Notes: generated from the sequence alone by a model not told the origin. Counted from the stretch's first letter, positions 11,724 through 28,107 are shown. The stretch: DNA of 64,000 nt from Eledone cirrhosa (GCA_964016885.1 OZ024740.1:101370001-101434000); one strand, 5' to 3'. Made by a program: numbers and translations.

Positions 11724-14700
11724 CTAGCAAAGTTTGGATATATAATTAACTTCCTATTCAACTGAACAATCATATAGATACATGGGTATTAATGTTGTCA
11801 TCAACAGTTTCGTATTTACAGAGTGGAATGCATGTGACAGAGATTACAAGAGAATAGTATAATAATTAAAGCAGTATAGAGAGTGTAAATGTGTTACGCA
11901 TATACAAGACAGTTAGGTAGGAAACAAGCAATGGTACTAGGCATATATAATTACTGCATGGCAAAGGTATCACATAAAATAACTTTGGTTTACAAGCATA
12001 TCAAGCAGGCAAAGGTGTTTGTGTATTAAAATTATGAGTTTATGGTGGATGTAGTGTGACAATTGTTTCTGTAATGTTCAAATGGGCATGTGTGGAGAGT
12101 ATTATTATCATTGTTATCTTTTCCATTACATTGGTTATATTTTATTTTAGTGAGTGTTTATAATAAGATACAGCTATTGATTGTATATTATTCCTATTAT
12201 GCTGTTATCCTGGGTTCGAGTTGTTCTGAAGTGATTCTTCTAATGGTTTAATTTCCGGAAGTGAGTTTGAGATCTATATTAAGGGAAGCTAATGTGAAAG
12301 GGGAGGTCATTAGCGATTAATTTGTATATGATAGAAACAAATAGAAAAAAATGTATAGCTCCAATTAGTTAAATTCCTTTTGCTAATATACATTATATTG
12401 TGTTACAAGTGAATCCCTTTTATTTATTCATATTTCTTATATGAACAAATGCTCTCCCTAAACAATATTTCATTTAATGCCCTATTAGAATTAGGGAGGT
12501 GGTGATTGTCTATGAAATATGTAGTCTTTGCAATTTTTAGAATATCATATAAGGGTTCTGTAATAAAATAATTCTAAGAAACACTGATACAAAGTATTGA
12601 GTACTTCTTGGAATATGTACTACTTGCCACAAATCTTGTTTGAATCAGCTTTATTTAGACAGTTGCTTTATTGTGGCATGTGACTTAACCCATTCAGCAC
12701 TAACCTCCACAACACTTTCTCCTGTCATAAACTTATTCCTTTAAAGCGTATTTATTAAAATCGAAATCTTCCATCATAATTCAATGTAAGAATATTTAGA
12801 TATACGTTATATTCCAAGCATCAGCTTAATAATCACAAATTTTATTTTATAAAATCTTTCTGAATTTTCTATTTCTTTCAAAATTAATTGAAACACAGTG
12901 GCTAAATATTTCACCACAAATATGAACAGAAGATTAAACATAATTGGTTTTTGTGCATATGTGTGTGCATATGAAGATGTATGTATGTATGTTAATTTTG
13001 ATGGCCTGTGGTGGCAGAGATTTTGTACCTGTAACCAATATTGCAATATTATCTGTGACACATGCAGCTTCCCATCTCTTTTTTGCTAAGTTGCTCATTA
13101 TTTTACCGTAACAATTCTCTCCTCATATCACAGGATTCTATTTTCTGATACTTTTGTTTTTCACACTATCCAGATGTGGCTACTACCAGCTCACCTTTTC
13201 ATGTTTATGTGTCACTTATTCTGGTGTCATTCCAGTTTTCTGTTTATTAAGTTAATGATTTGGTATGGCTTAGTTGTTTAAAGGTTTTGCTAGATTTGTG
13301 ATTTGATGTTGTTTTAATTTGTTCCAGTTTATTATTTAAGCAGAGTGCTGATTTCAGGAAGGGTTTGGATTTCTGGTACAGTTTCTGCAGTTGGATGCCT
13401 TGTGTAAAACCAGCCACTTTACAGCATGTACCGACTTTTTCTCATGGCACCACCACTACTACCTGAAAGGCAGAACTGGGTGCTTTCTCATGACACCAGC
13501 ACTACCACTTTACAGAGTATGCTGGGTGCATTTTATCATAACACCAATTTCAAACATAGCTGATAAAATTTTGTTGGAAAGTTTTAATTTAGAACACTAG
13601 AATGGTAGGATTTATTCTATAGAACAAAAGGTGACCTTAGGTGGGTTGGTATGAAAAAAAGGTTGTCTATCTGTTGATGTTATTACTTACAATTTTAGAA
13701 AAAGCAGCATTTTTTATAATGGTTTTTGAAATGTATGTGTTTGTATGTATTTGTGTCTGTGTGTATTATAATCTGTACATCCTTTTTAACATGTATATTT
13801 AGTATATGTGGATAGTTTCATGTTTTTTAATGCATGTTTTATAGTAATACCTTATTATTGTCATGTTTCATTTTATTAGTTTCTTGTTTATTTTTCATTT
13901 CTGTTTTTATTTTATTTTATTTATTTATTTGCCAGATGTGGTCTCTTTTAATCACATGTACTAACAATAATAATTTTATTGAGCACTTAGAGATAAAAGT
14001 TTGCTTTGTTCAGATTTGTTAGGATCCAGCTTCATAACTCCAAGCAACAGAAACTACTTCTCCATTTCATAAAATCCTCTCATTGCTATTTCCATTCATT
14101 CTTCCACAAGACTTTTACATATATAACATTTGAATTATTTATAGAGTTCTGGCACAGTAGCTTTCCTTTTATCATAAATGAAATGTCTATCATATAAAGA
14201 AAGAAGAGAATAAAATGTTTAACTCAGTATTTAATTCTAGCATAATCTGCAGAGGTGTCACAGAGTTGTTATAAAGAATTGGTTTACATAATCAATGGTT
14301 GGATGTCAACATTGTGTAAGAAATACTGCCTCAAACCTCTTCAGCACTTTACTGAGACTTTACACTCACACACAGACTTTACAATCTATACACAGACGTG
14401 CACACACACACACACGCATGCATGTGTGTAGTTAGTTAGTTGTTGTTTAGCCTCAGATCGACACTGTTTGCGACACTGCCTATGATAAAAGATATCTAAT
14501 CTATGATCATTAGGCTTTTTGTTCCATGTAGAGAACTACATTATCTACAAATGGTATTGTATGTGACTTGAGAGGGAATTTGGCTTCTATTTCTAGCAGA
14601 TTGAGTGGCTACATAGAGACGCTCTTGATAAATTGTAGAACTAATTAGTGAGATGAATGGTTCACCCAACAGGAAGTTTATGTTTGACAAGTTTACAATG

Positions 14701-15104
14701 TTAATCTACATCATAAATGAAATTGAAATAATCATATCAATCAACTATTTGTTTTTAGTCTTTCTTTTACTTGTATTTTGTTTCAATGAATATAATTGTT
14801 GATTATCTTTGGATGAAATGTTGTTATGTGTGGAGCAAATTTCCTTCTGCTCACTTAAAATATCAAATTGGCCTCAATGGTGGGTTACATTGTAGTCTGA
14901 AAACTACTGTAATAAAATCAAATTCCATTCACACTGCCACCACCACCATTGTGTGTGTGTGAGAGAGAGGGAGAGAGGTACAATGGTTGTTATTCTTTAA
15001 TTCCAAGTCAAGCCTAATCATACAGACCTACAACCAAAGGTGCTTCATGTGTGGTCATCTAATGATGATCTTATCTTTTTGTGTATCTATGCTGAATGCT
15101 CAGA

Positions 15105-15260
15105 CACTTTGATTGTTTACAGTCTCGCTCGTTCCCCTTATTTACGTGTCCCAACGACTTTCTCGAGCTGTTGCTCGCACCAACCGGAGGTATATGGTCT
15201 TTAAAGTGATGAAATACCAATGAAGGTTGGAAGATCACTGATGAAGGACTAACTTTATTC
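15105..15260 (+). repeat. Dispersed repeat ending at (AT)n, related to 38121-38250
   Basis: Reverse complement of 38121-38250; both copies stop at ...CTGATGAAGGACTAACTTTATTC. Confidence 0.75.
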
Positions 15261-17319
15261 ATATATATATATATATTACATTTAATCTATTCCTCTATTT
15301 TTCTTACTCTATATCCCTTCTTCTATCAATCTCTCCTTCTTCTTTACCGCCCATGCATGGGAGATTTCACTCAAAGTGTATGTGAAAACTAAAGAGACAA
15401 CTTTAAATCAAATAAGTTCTATTTTCGATGCTGAAATTCTCTCAGTATATTCATTATTATAAAGTATTTATCTTCTTTCAAAATTGCTTGTTTGTTTCCA
15501 AAATATAATTAATCATGATTTATGATCATTTTCATGTCATTCTCTTATTTACTTATTTATGTATTTATTTTATAATTTTCTGAACTTTCTGATTTATATT
15601 TTCACATTACTTAATTATGTTCTGTTTTATTTCATTTTATAATTCAATATATAATATATATTTCAAATATTTGAAATAGCAGCCAAATTCTCTCAGTTCG
15701 TTCCCTATCATCTTAAAATCTTCTCTGTGAGATTTTTTCCAATGTTCAACACTCATGTCCTGCAAAACAGACTCAGAAAATTACATAGTATGCCCTCTAC
15801 TTCTTTCCCTAAATTTAAAATTTAATATAGCCCAAAAGTTCCTAGCTCTCATAGATAAATAGTTTTTCACTAATCATAAGTAAAAAAAAAGATTGTTAAA
15901 GTTGCATAAAACTCAGCTACTTATGTGCTAAATGTATGAAGGCTCATATCCCCAGCAGACCCATCATACATAGTGTCCCAGCCTCCTCTTGGAGATGACC
16001 TGAAAGTAACTAGTAGATCTTATGTTATCATCATCATTCTCATTTTGCATTTATTTCCTGTTGGCATGGGTTAGATGGGCTGTCACATCAAACATTGTCA
16101 GATTACAACATCTTGTCCATGTGTTTCATTTTGGCCAGGTTTTTACATTCTGCCAAATGCAAACTACTTTAAATCATGTACTGGATGCATCTTATCATAG
16201 AATCAGCACTTCAACCTTACAGGGTGAACTGGATGCATTTTATTATGGCACCAGCACTACCATTATACTGAGTGGGCTGTGTGTATTTTATCAAAACATC
16301 AGCACTACCACATTACTGAATGGCCTGGGATCATTTTATCTTGGAAGCAGCGCTACCACTTTACAATTCTACAGTGTTTATCTCATTGTGTCCTCAGCCA
16401 ACTGGTGCAGGTGTAAGATGAGAGTAGAGTGGAAGGTGACAAGTAACATGTTTCCTGCTGTGGGAAAGAGTTATCCCACAATGGGAGGAGAGGAAGTGTT
16501 GGATTTGGGATGGATATTTACTTTGAAGAGAATTACTTAGAATGACACCTGGCAATACATTGATAGCTGTACCCATCTTCCTATCCTGGCATGGGTTGAA
16601 CAAAAAGGAGGGAATTAAAGATGTGGATGAGGGAATAAATACTGGGCTGCAGGTTAGGGGTGGGTTTCTTGAAAAGAATGAGCAATGCCTAGCAGCACAT
16701 TGTAGGGGGAAACCTCAGTCTTTCTATGCTGACATTGGCTGAACAATGAAAGGGGAGTCAAGGATGTGCATGAAAGATGAAAGTGGGAAGAAGAATTAGA
16801 TAATGAGTGAGGAGGGGGGGGGGAGATTATAGGTGCGAAGGACAGATATAAAAGATGCCACTGTGTGAAAACCTTCAGCAAGTGTTTCCTACTATAGCAT
16901 CAAGCTAACCAATACCTTTTGAGTAAAATTGGGTTGAGCTAAACTGTGCAGAAGCCTGTTGTGTGTGTGTATGTGTGTGTTTATAGGTATTTGTCTCATT
17001 GTTCATATTGTTTGAAAAATCAATGCTCTTTGTGTTTGCCCTGCAACCAAGCAGTTCAATAAAATGAAATTGATAAAATAAGTACTGGGGTCAATATGAT
17101 CGAATAAACCTTTCAAGGCAGTGGCTCAAAATAACTGCTATCCAGTAAAAGAATACATATATACACGCACACACACTCACATACACACTCACTTACATAT
17201 ACACACATGCAGGCATACATATATATTTGCCTAGTTGATGTTGTCTAAATTCCAATGAAAGAACCTTGTGTCTATGTTAGAAACCGGTTCTCTCTCTATT
17301 GGTAAAACAATAAAATAAT

Positions 17320-17505
17320 TGTTTCTACTTTTGGCACAAGGCCAGCAATTATCCCAGTGTATTACTGGTACTTGATTTTATCGACCCCGTAAGGATGAAA
17401 GGCAAAGTTAACCACGGCGGGATTTGAACTCAGTCCATAAAGGGAAGTTACTGTGCTGCAAAGCATGGCGTCCGACCTTCTACCGATACTGCCAATCCAC
17501 CGCCA
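17320..17505 (-). mobile_element. tRNA-derived SINE (decayed); related copies at ~18960-19130 and ~31960-32110
   Basis: B-box-like GAGTTCAAATCC on minus strand; shared body ATCGACCCC..AAGGATGAAAGGCAAAGT; GGCACAAGGCCAGCAATT end. Confidence 0.6.
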
Positions 17506-17558
17506 TTAAAACTATAAAATAATGAAGCCAGATGAGCATACATACATACATACATACA

Positions 17559-17592
<34 letters not shown>

Positions 17593-17925
17593 CATATATA
17601 CATATATACATACATAACTGTACACTCTGAGTACGGAATTACTCTCACCATAACAGGTCCATCCATGCCAGCATTGAAAATGGACGTAAAAATTAGGATG
17701 ATGATGATACATATGTCTATTGGTTTGTATCGCTATTTACTTATCTGGAAATATTGAATCAATGATTACTGTATGTCTTAATCATAGACACTCTGTCGTG
17801 CTGATAACAAGGTTATTAACATCTCCCTCACCAGCCAGCAGACTGACACTATATTAATACAGATGGCTGTATAAATCTATTGTCATCCAATAGATGAACA
17901 ATTAATAATATATAGTCTTTTTCTA

Positions 17926-17983
<58 letters not shown>

Positions 17984-20152
17984 CCATTCACTGTCATTTT
18001 CTGCTCCTCTTTCTATATCTCTCTCACTCACACTTATTTGTCTTCTGTCTATTTTTCTATATATAGTTATTTTGTTTTTCCAATAAATAAAGCTGCCAAT
18101 TGCATTTTTTAAAGAAGCAGACTCGATTCTATGAATATTTCAAACATATTTCTGTTTTAGTTCAGATTTGCTTTCTGGATGTTATATTCAGTTTTTAATC
18201 ATATATTTATTTTTCCGAATATAGAAGACTGGCTCCAACAGGAATATCCAGTACTGAATTTTTGGCATTAGTTCATTTGATGAGAATATCTGATATATTA
18301 AATCTTTATTTCATTGAGCTATATACAATATTCTAAGTTGAGTTTTTCACTAGATAAATTTTCTTTTGTTATTTTTCTACTGATGAAAATCATTGCTGTT
18401 GGTCAAGATGTATATAACACAGCTATAGTTTGGATATGCATGAAAAGCAATAACAAAAAATACTGAATGAGAAAAGGTTTGAAGATAAGAGAATAAAAAA
18501 CATTTTGTTTCTACAAATTCGGCCAATGAGAGAACTTCCATGAAGTTACATAATCGCAGGAAATAGTCAAATTTCCCTCAGATAACATCTGACCATCTTA
18601 ACAAAAAGTAGAGTACATTTAATAATGTGGTCTGTGTCAGACTATATCTGAAAAATGAAACAATAGGCATACTAAGAATGTCTTTAGTCATAGGTGTACT
18701 TGATCGTAGGTGTACTGCAGCAACAACATGAAGTATGGGGGCAACAAGAAAGCCTCTATATAGATGCTTAACATGCTTGGAATAGTAGCATAATCTCCCT
18801 CAGATCATACCTTTCTATCTGGAAAAGAGGAATGGCTTATTGCATAATATATTCTTAGATATACAATGACTAATATAAATTTTTTAAATGGGATGATCAT
18901 GACCAAAATTCCTTTTATCAGAAATCATTCAATCATAGGACACCTGAGGCTAAATAACTGTTTCTGATTTAGGCACAAGGCCAACCATTTAATTGACCCT
19001 AGTTCATTACTTGTGCTTCAATTTATCGACTCCAAAAGAATGAAAAGCTAACTTCAGTGGGATTCAAACTCATAACATAAAGGGCTATATAACTATATGC
19101 TGCAAAGCATGTTGTCTGATGCAGCAGCAGCAAATTTTCATTGGATTTGGGATTTTAATTATCTTCCTCATCACCACCACCACTACCATTGCATGATTTG
19201 AATGGGTCCTCCTCAAAACAATATCTCACTAATGTTTTTTTGTCATCACCTTTGTGAAATTTAGCATGTTGAAATCACCTTGAACTAATCATCTCTCCCT
19301 TAGCCTTCCTATTTCATAGCTTCCTTTCACTAGGAACTTCTGGCCCTTCTTTACACAAGAGTTATCATCCATACACATGTTATTGGGGATTACTTTAGTA
19401 TATTCCTTCACCTAATTATTGTTCTCTGTTAAGTTTGTGCATATTTGTACAAAAGAAATATATATTCAGCCAAAGACAAAATACAGAATATTGAACACAT
19501 TGTTTTATTCTATAATAAACACGGAATGGAAATATATATTCACTACTTGCCAATGTAGAGTTAGTTTCACTGTATCAAGTCTGCTTGGTGACAAAAATTC
19601 ATTGTTAATATCAAAAGACTACAGTTTTTGTGCCAAGAAATGTTAAATGAAATATGGTAAAATGTTTGAGAACAGAAGTAGATGCAACATTTTACAAGGA
19701 GGGTTGAGTGAGTATAAAAATATTTGTATGCATGTGTGTATGTATATATGAATAAGTTCACTAAATATTTTAAAATCTATCATGTAATTTGTCACCTTTT
19801 TGTATATGATGTTAATTGCATAAGAATTTTCATCACTGAGGTCATGGTAGTAAACAGAATTTCTGTATATACTTGAATATAAGCCGATGGCAAAATGGAG
19901 GGGGTTCAGCTTATATTTGTATTGGCTTATTATATACAGTACTGTTGTTTAATGCAGTAGGCAACAAATAGAAAATAACAATAATATATTAAACAGTACC
20001 CAGAATGGAGCACAAGTGAGAGGTAGTCTTTTGACATGTCTATGATGTCAGTAACTACTAATACAAATAAAAACTAATATGAAAGGGAATGAAGAGTCGT
20101 CCAACACATGCCACTATGGAAACCATGCATAAAATGATGATAATGATATATA

Positions 20153-20300
20153 CAGGCATGGCTGTGTGCTTAAGGAGTTCACTCCACAACCATGTGGTTC
20201 TGAGTTCAGTCCCACTTAGTAACACATATTATAGCATTGGATTGACCAATGATTTATGAGTGAAATTTGGTAGATGAAGACAGCAGAAATCTGAAGTCTG
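20153..20300 (+). mobile_element. tRNA-derived SINE fragment
   Basis: A-box-like TGGCTGTGTGC and B-box-like GAGTTCAGTCC. Confidence 0.45.
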
Positions 20301-20317
20301 TTGTATATATATGTGTA

Positions 20318-22655
20318 TCATCATCATCACCGTTTTACGTCCGTTCTTCCACGCTAGCATGGGTTAGACGGGTTGTCCTGTTGTGGGCAGTGTCTGGTCG
20401 GCTGACCATGCCTTGCTCATACAGGAACTGATCTGGCTTGATTTCTACAGCTGGATGCCCTTCCTAACACCAACCTCATTTACAGTGAGTGCTGGGTGCT
20501 TTTTCGTGGTGCCTACACGTCCACTTTACAGTGTGGGCTGGGTGCTTTTTTGCCGTGGCACCTCCACGAACACCTTGCGGTGGGGGGAGTGGGGGCATAT
20601 TGTTTATATGCTTCAGCATGTACCCATGGGAGGTCGGGTACCCTGTATTACTGCGTGACGCCAGAAGTCACGGTCGTGTGTCATTGTCTTTGAGAGGTGT
20701 AGTTGGGTAAGGTCGGCTTTTATCACCTCATCCCAAGTCATCTTGGGTCTCCCCACTCCGCGGTTTCCATCAACTTCTAGTGCTCTGCACCTTTTTATGC
20801 AGCTGTCATCCTTCATACGCATCACATGTCCATACCAGCGTAACCGCCTCTCCTGCACGCAGCATTTGATTCCTCTTATGCTCAGTCTCTCTCTCAATTC
20901 CTTTATGCTTTGTCGTTCACGTATATTACTGTTACACATCCATCGGAGCATGCAGGCTTCGTTTCTCTCTAATCTACGTAAGTCTTCCACCTTCAGCGCC
21001 CAGGTCTCACTACCATGCAACATCGCTGTTCGGATACACGCATCATACAGTCTGCCTTTCATTCTGAGGGAGAAGCCTTTTGCAGCTAGCAGTGGTAGTA
21101 GTTCCCTAAACTTCTTCCATCCCGTTCTTACCCTAGTTATTGTACTTTCTGAGCACTCACCTCCGTTGCTAATTCGGTCACCTAGGTAGCAGAAGCTGTC
21201 TACTGTTTCTACAGGGCCCTCCCAGAGATTGGTGGTACTTGTTTCCTGTGGCTGTTTGCTTGCTGTTTCAACACAGCTGCTGCATGTGAATCCTACATTC
21301 TTAATTAAGCTTCCTGAGATCCCGCTACATCTCTTGTGTACCCATTGTTTGCATTTGGGGCAGAGAATGGAGTTCCTACCTACACCTTTCCTACATACTG
21401 AGCAAGGCCATTTCCCTGAGGGGATCTGGGTTCTGTTTTCTCGTCTACTTACAAGGACCTTAGTCTTTGTCATGTTGACTTTGAGGCCCTTTCTCTCTAG
21501 TCCCTGCTTCCAGGTTTGGAATTTATTCTCTAGTTCTACCATAGATTCAGCTATGAGTGCGAGGTCATCAGCATACAGGAGTTCCCATGGGCATCCGGTC
21601 TTAAACTCCTCCGTTATTGCCTGCAGGACTATGATGAACAGGAGAGGGCTAAGAACAGAGCCCTGGTGGACCCCAACCTGTACGCTAAATTCCTCGCTAT
21701 ACTCATTGCTAATCCTAACTTTGCTGACTGCTCCCCTATACATGGCTTGTACCGCTTTCACAAGCCATTCATCTACTCCTAGTTTTCTAAGAGCCCACCA
21801 GATTACCGCACATGGAACTCTGTCAAAGGCTTTCTCAAGGTCGACAAATGCCAAGTAGAGTGGCTTACTTTTAGCTAGGTACTTTTCCTGTAATTGCCTC
21901 ACAAGGAAGAGGGCATCAGTGGTGCCTCTCCCTGGTACAAACCCAAATTGCATCTCGTCTATATTCACCCGGTCCCTAATCAGCTGTGCTATAACTCTTT
22001 CTGTTACTTTCATGACCTGGTCCATCAACTTTATACCTCTATAGTTTCCTCTATCTAGTGCATCGCCTTTACCTTTGTAGCAGTTGACAATGATGCTACT
22101 GCACCAATCTTTTGGTATGGCCCCTTCTAGTATTACCTGGTTAACGATACGTGTGGTTATAGTGTGACCTACAGACCCAGATGCCTTCAGCATCTCGGCA
22201 GCTATACCCGATGGACCGGTTGCCTTCCCCATCTTCATATCTCTGATTGCCTTACTTACTACGCTGCCGCTGACTTGTACTGCTGGTCCCTCTATAGGGT
22301 CTACATGGGGTAGGGTCTCTTCTTCCCATGCATTCTCCTCATTTAGTAATCTATCATAATGACTCTTCCATGCATCTTTCTTCTCAGCACTTGTGAGGGC
22401 AAGCTCACCTTTATCATTCCGGATACACTTCTCTCCAATGACATCACAACTATCTCTGACACACTGCCTCGCAATCTTGAATACCTCCTGTTTCTGGTCC
22501 TCACGTTGTAAAACATGCTTGAATTTTCTATCCTCTGCTTCCCTCCTAGCTAAGTATACTTGTCGCCTAGCTTCCCTCTTGGTCTCTATGTAATGTACCC
22601 TGCTCCCACCGTTCTTCCATTCTTTCCATGCCTGTCTCTTGGCCTTGACTGCTGT
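20318..22655 (-). mobile_element. RTE-clade LINE family C, 5'-truncated; RT ORF 20613-22238 (541 aa)
   Basis: Complete RT motifs incl. NYRGIKL, DLEKAFD, GVHQGSVLSP, YADD; (GAT)n tail; inserted in (TA)n. Confidence 0.95.
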
Positions 22656-23859
22656 ATATATATATATATCCTGAATCTTTTCATATTACCCACTCTACTA
22701 CCCCAAGTATCAAATATCTGGTGAGTTAATGGTCTAGCTGGTTTATACCACATCCTATTTTATATATATATGTATATATATATATATCCTTATCGATCCT
22801 TCTTTGGATTTTAGTCTTCACATTTACTCTTAATATATATATATATATATATAGTGTGTGTGTCCACGTTTGTGTGGGTATGTTTGTCTGTGTTTGTGTC
22901 TCATAACTTACCATTTCAACTTAAAGAGGTCAATAACATACCAACCAGACTTGAAAAGTAAGTATTGGGGTGGTACTCCAGCATGACTGCAGTGTTATAA
23001 TTAAAATCAGTAAAAGAATAGACACATACATACATGCATATATATATATATATATATGCATGTATGTATGTGTCTATACACACATACACACACACACACA
23101 CACTGGACATGCTTAGATATATTATTAAAATGCTCAAATTTGCATTGATATTGAACCTGTACTAAAAAAAAACGACTGAAAATGTAAAACAATTATTGAA
23201 AATAATTACAGAGAAAGTATAAGGGTTAAAAAAATATAACTTCTTAATCTAAAATGATCTAATAGGATCTGTGATAAGAGAAATAGTGTTTTAACCCTTG
23301 TGTCATTGCAAAATACTTAACCAATCAATATTATTCACTATCCTACACTCTGCTAATATTTTAAATCGGATCAACAAAGCAAAAAGCAAATTCTATAATA
23401 GTAAACACCATAAAAAGGCGATAAGAATGTTGTTTTTCTTGGTGTGGAAGTCAATAAGATGAAAGTTGTATTATGAGTTAAAATGTCACAAGATCAAAGA
23501 TGGCTGGCGACTTAGAAACAAACAGGAGGCAGAATGATTGGAAAAAAAAATTATCAAGTAGCTTAATAGGAACATTGTAGTTACTTTATCTGCTGCTACG
23601 TTTTGTATGTGTATATTTTGCTTTCTTTCATAGTCTTGAAAGTTTTTGATATATAGTTTAAGGATTAAGGCCCACCATCTTTTATGTAAAGTTTTCAAAG
23701 GGTTATATAGGAAACTTATCTGTGTAAAGTTTATTTTGTGTCATATTTTAAAACCTCAAACTCTACTGTGAAACTTGATAGTAGAGTAATGTTTACTTTC
23801 CAGCTCTTGTTTTGTGGTTACTGCTAGTGTCATCTTTTTTAATAGTTTTGTACTAATAC

Positions 23860-24740
23860 CATCATCAACATTTTGCATCCTTTTGTCCATGCTTGCATGA
23901 TTTGGATGGGTCAGCCTCCCTCCACTTATAATGTTCCTTTGTGATCTTTTCTCTGAGATTCAGTGTTATATTATCAGTTCTAGACACCTCTGCCAAGATT
24001 TTTCTTGGTCTTCCTCTACTGCAGCTTCCTTCTATTAGCATCTCTTGGTACTTTTTCACAATCGACAATTATCTTCTCATGTGCAGCCTTCTCTCATGTA
24101 CACTACATCAGATTCCTCTTATACTCAACTTTTCTATTTGTTCATTCATGCCCTGTCATTCATGCACACTAACATACATAAATATGAGCAAGACAAAGTT
24201 ATCTGACCTGCTTAGTCTCAGAACATCTAGCAACACATCTAACCCATGCAAAATAGATGTTAAACAGTGATGATGATGATGATATATGTTTAGTGTGGAA
24301 CAAATTCCCAGAGGCATGAATGTTTTTAGAACTTCCAAATTGTGTGGGAGAGAGGGGAATGTAATGCACCTGAGTACTGTACACAATAATTTCCTTATTA
24401 TTATTAAATTAGAGAATTGGTTTGAATGCTTGCAACAGAGTATGAAATCTACAAAGAAATGATACAAGTATGCTTTGGTTGGTATGTAAATATTAGTGTA
24501 CACAAATGATTCAGCATAAGTGGAATTGGATGTAGTGTGTAAGAGAGAAGACTGTGTTGGTATAGGCATGTGGTGCATATGGAAGATAACAGCTGTATAA
24601 AGAGGTGCAAAGAAATCTCAGTTGTTGGGACTAATTGAAGATGTAGATGAATGAAGACATGGAATGTAACAGTGAAGACCTAAGAAAGCTTAATCTCATG
24701 ACAGATGATAAAGGACCCCAAGGAATGGGGACAATATAAA
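23860..24740. mobile_element. Several decayed RTE 3' fragments in both orientations
   Basis: Remnant RGRPRK/RRLCWY-like motifs and CCATGCAA..(GAT)n termini. Confidence 0.55.
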
Positions 24741-25429
24741 AAATGCGGATGTACCCTGACTCTTTAGTAACTAGTCCCACCATCAATATCAAGGATCACT
24801 CCCACCTCTTTTAAATTCCAACACACCAGTCATAACTTTAGGAACTGATTCCATATTCACTGTAACCCCATTTATATAGGATCATCCCTTCTCCACAACC
24901 CTCCTCCTTATATCTCCCTGTCAACTCCCACCACACATCACACTTTTAAACCCCACTGCACTTATTATACAGCCATGGCATTACCTATTGTCACTAACCC
25001 ATAGCATCATGCTTACTAGCTTTTTTATCTACCCCATCCTACTTCCCAACAAAACACATCACATTTAGGACAAGTCATCATATCGCACCAGAGAGGTCTT
25101 CAGTTAATGACAACCTCCCTTGTGTTAATGCCATGAAGAAATGTACCCAGTACATCCTGTAAAATGGTTGGTTTTCAAGTGGCTTCCAGATATAGTAATC
25201 ATATCCCCCCCCCCTCCAAAAAAAAACCGTCGAGGAGACCCTTCATTTATGATATAATAACTTCTCTATTTCTGTTACCACAAAAAATGCACCCAGAATA
25301 CACTGATGCGGTTATTGATCCAGTTATAGAAACCAAGCCTAACAAAGAGTTGAAAGGACACTCCAGTTGTGTCAAAGATATGAAAACCTTAATGCAGGTT
25401 AAAAATGTTAAAGTCTATCCCAAGTTATC

Positions 25430-25680
25430 AGGCTCATCAGGCTGCTGCTTATCCCGGCTTTCATTTTTATTTGTGTTAAGCGACTAAGTGTATAAGATTC
25501 TTCCCAGAACAGGATGCCATTCTATTGTAGGGTTAACTCCCAGCTACTGCTGGTACTCATTTTCAAATGAGGGTACTGGAGCAAAAGGGAATGAAGTGGT
25601 TTTCTCAAAACCATAACATGCCACGTATTCCAAGAATTCAAACAATGTTTAAATTCCAAGACATTAATTACTAAGCCACG
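25430..25680 (-). mobile_element. Decayed SINE
   Basis: GCTGGTACTCATTTT...ACTGGAGCAA...GAAGTG resembles the reverse complement of the SINE body at 55480-55540. Confidence 0.45.
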
Positions 25681-25764
25681 TGCTTTAATGCGGGTAACAT
25701 GATAAAATGCACCCAGTACAGTCTGCAGAATGTGGTAACTTATGTAAGCAAAATATAGTCCCTG

Positions 25765-26018
25765 TAAATTATAAGTATGAAGAAGTAGGAATAATTCTTC
25801 CGGCATCAACTGCTGGCAGTTTACTGGTGATGATCGCTTTGGAAACACTGGTCCTAACTGAAGGTGTCCCTTAATAAGCTTGACACCTCATGGATAAGGT
25901 GCAAGTGGAGCGACATTGAACTTTTTCCCCACAGCACAAGCAAAACTGCTGGCAGTCGGGGCTGTGAGAAATTATTCAGTATACATTTATCTATATTTTT
26001 CTTCATACTTATAATTTA
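25765..26018. repeat. Short element with 20-bp terminal inverted repeats (MITE-like)
   Basis: TAAATTATAAGTATGAAGAA ... TTCTTCATACTTATAATTTA; internal hairpin AGGTGTC/GACACCT. Confidence 0.45.
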
Positions 26019-26583
26019 AATTTAGCTCTATTTAATTGATTATTTATTTAGTTAATTTCTCTGGACTAAGAAGAAAAGTTAGGTTAATTTGATCTGTTTG
26101 TACTTCAAACTAATAATTTTATATAGCTTTGATTAATGTTTATTTATTTAATTCATTCATCTAGCCACATTCAGTTGAAGGTGGACTACACTCATATATG
26201 TATCTGTGCTTATGTATAAATATATATGTGTTTTCTCTCACTTTATATATCATGCTACCATGGAAAGGTGGATGTATAAATGATGATGATGATATATATA
26301 TATATAATATATACATACACATAAACATAAATACACACACATTCATATATATATATATATATATATGTGTGTATATATATATTGACATATAATGTTGATG
26401 ATAGTTATATACATACATATATATCATTATCATCATCATCATTTTATGTTTGTGTTCCCTGTTGCTATGATTCCAGTTCCTCAGAGGAATAACAACACAA
26501 CCAGGAGCTGGAAATATCGATGTATTGACGGAGTAAAACACACTTCAACAACATGTGTACCTGTCTTTCCCACACCAATTTGG

Positions 26584-26638
26584 ACTGCCTGAAGAGGTCA
26601 CAGCCAATGATAGCTGTCACCGAAATATATATAGCAGT
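26584..26638 (+). ncRNA. Solo minimal type I hammerhead, canonical core
   Basis: ACTGC-CTGAAGA-GGTCACAGC-CAATGATA-GCTGTCACC-GAAA-TATATA-TA-GCAGT; AATAAA ~15 nt downstream. Confidence 0.8.
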
Positions 26639-26671
26639 ATACCAATAATTTATAATAAACGAAGCCAAATT

Positions 26672-26861
26672 TGTGGCTTGATTTCTACAGCTGGATGCCC
26701 TTCCTAATACCAAGCTCATTTACAGTGAGTGCTGGCTGCTTTTTTCCATGGTGCCTACACGTCCACTTTACAGTGCGGGCAGGGTGCTTTTATGCCGTGG
26801 CACCTCCACGACCACTTTAGAGTAGGAGGGTGTGGGGGCATATCGTCTATATGCCTCAGCT

Positions 26862-26862
<1 letters not shown>
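26672..26862 (-). mobile_element. RTE family C 3' UTR internal fragment
   Basis: Matches 20430-20620. Confidence 0.8.

Positions 26863-28106
<1,244 letters not shown>

Positions 28107-28107
<1 letters not shown>

Noticed and set aside
13970-14190. Possible minus-strand terminal exon (HFIYDKRKATVPELYK-stop, AATAAA)
   Set aside because: Good polypyrimidine tract but no recognisable protein or partner exons; needs RNA-seq.
17250-17295. CAATGAAAG...GAAACCGGTTC remnant
   Set aside because: Too degenerate to call a hammerhead.
19862-19942. Short element with CTGTATATA..ATAAGCC / GGCTTAT..TATATACAG ends
   Set aside because: Probably a decayed pogo-type MITE; too short and degenerate to support.
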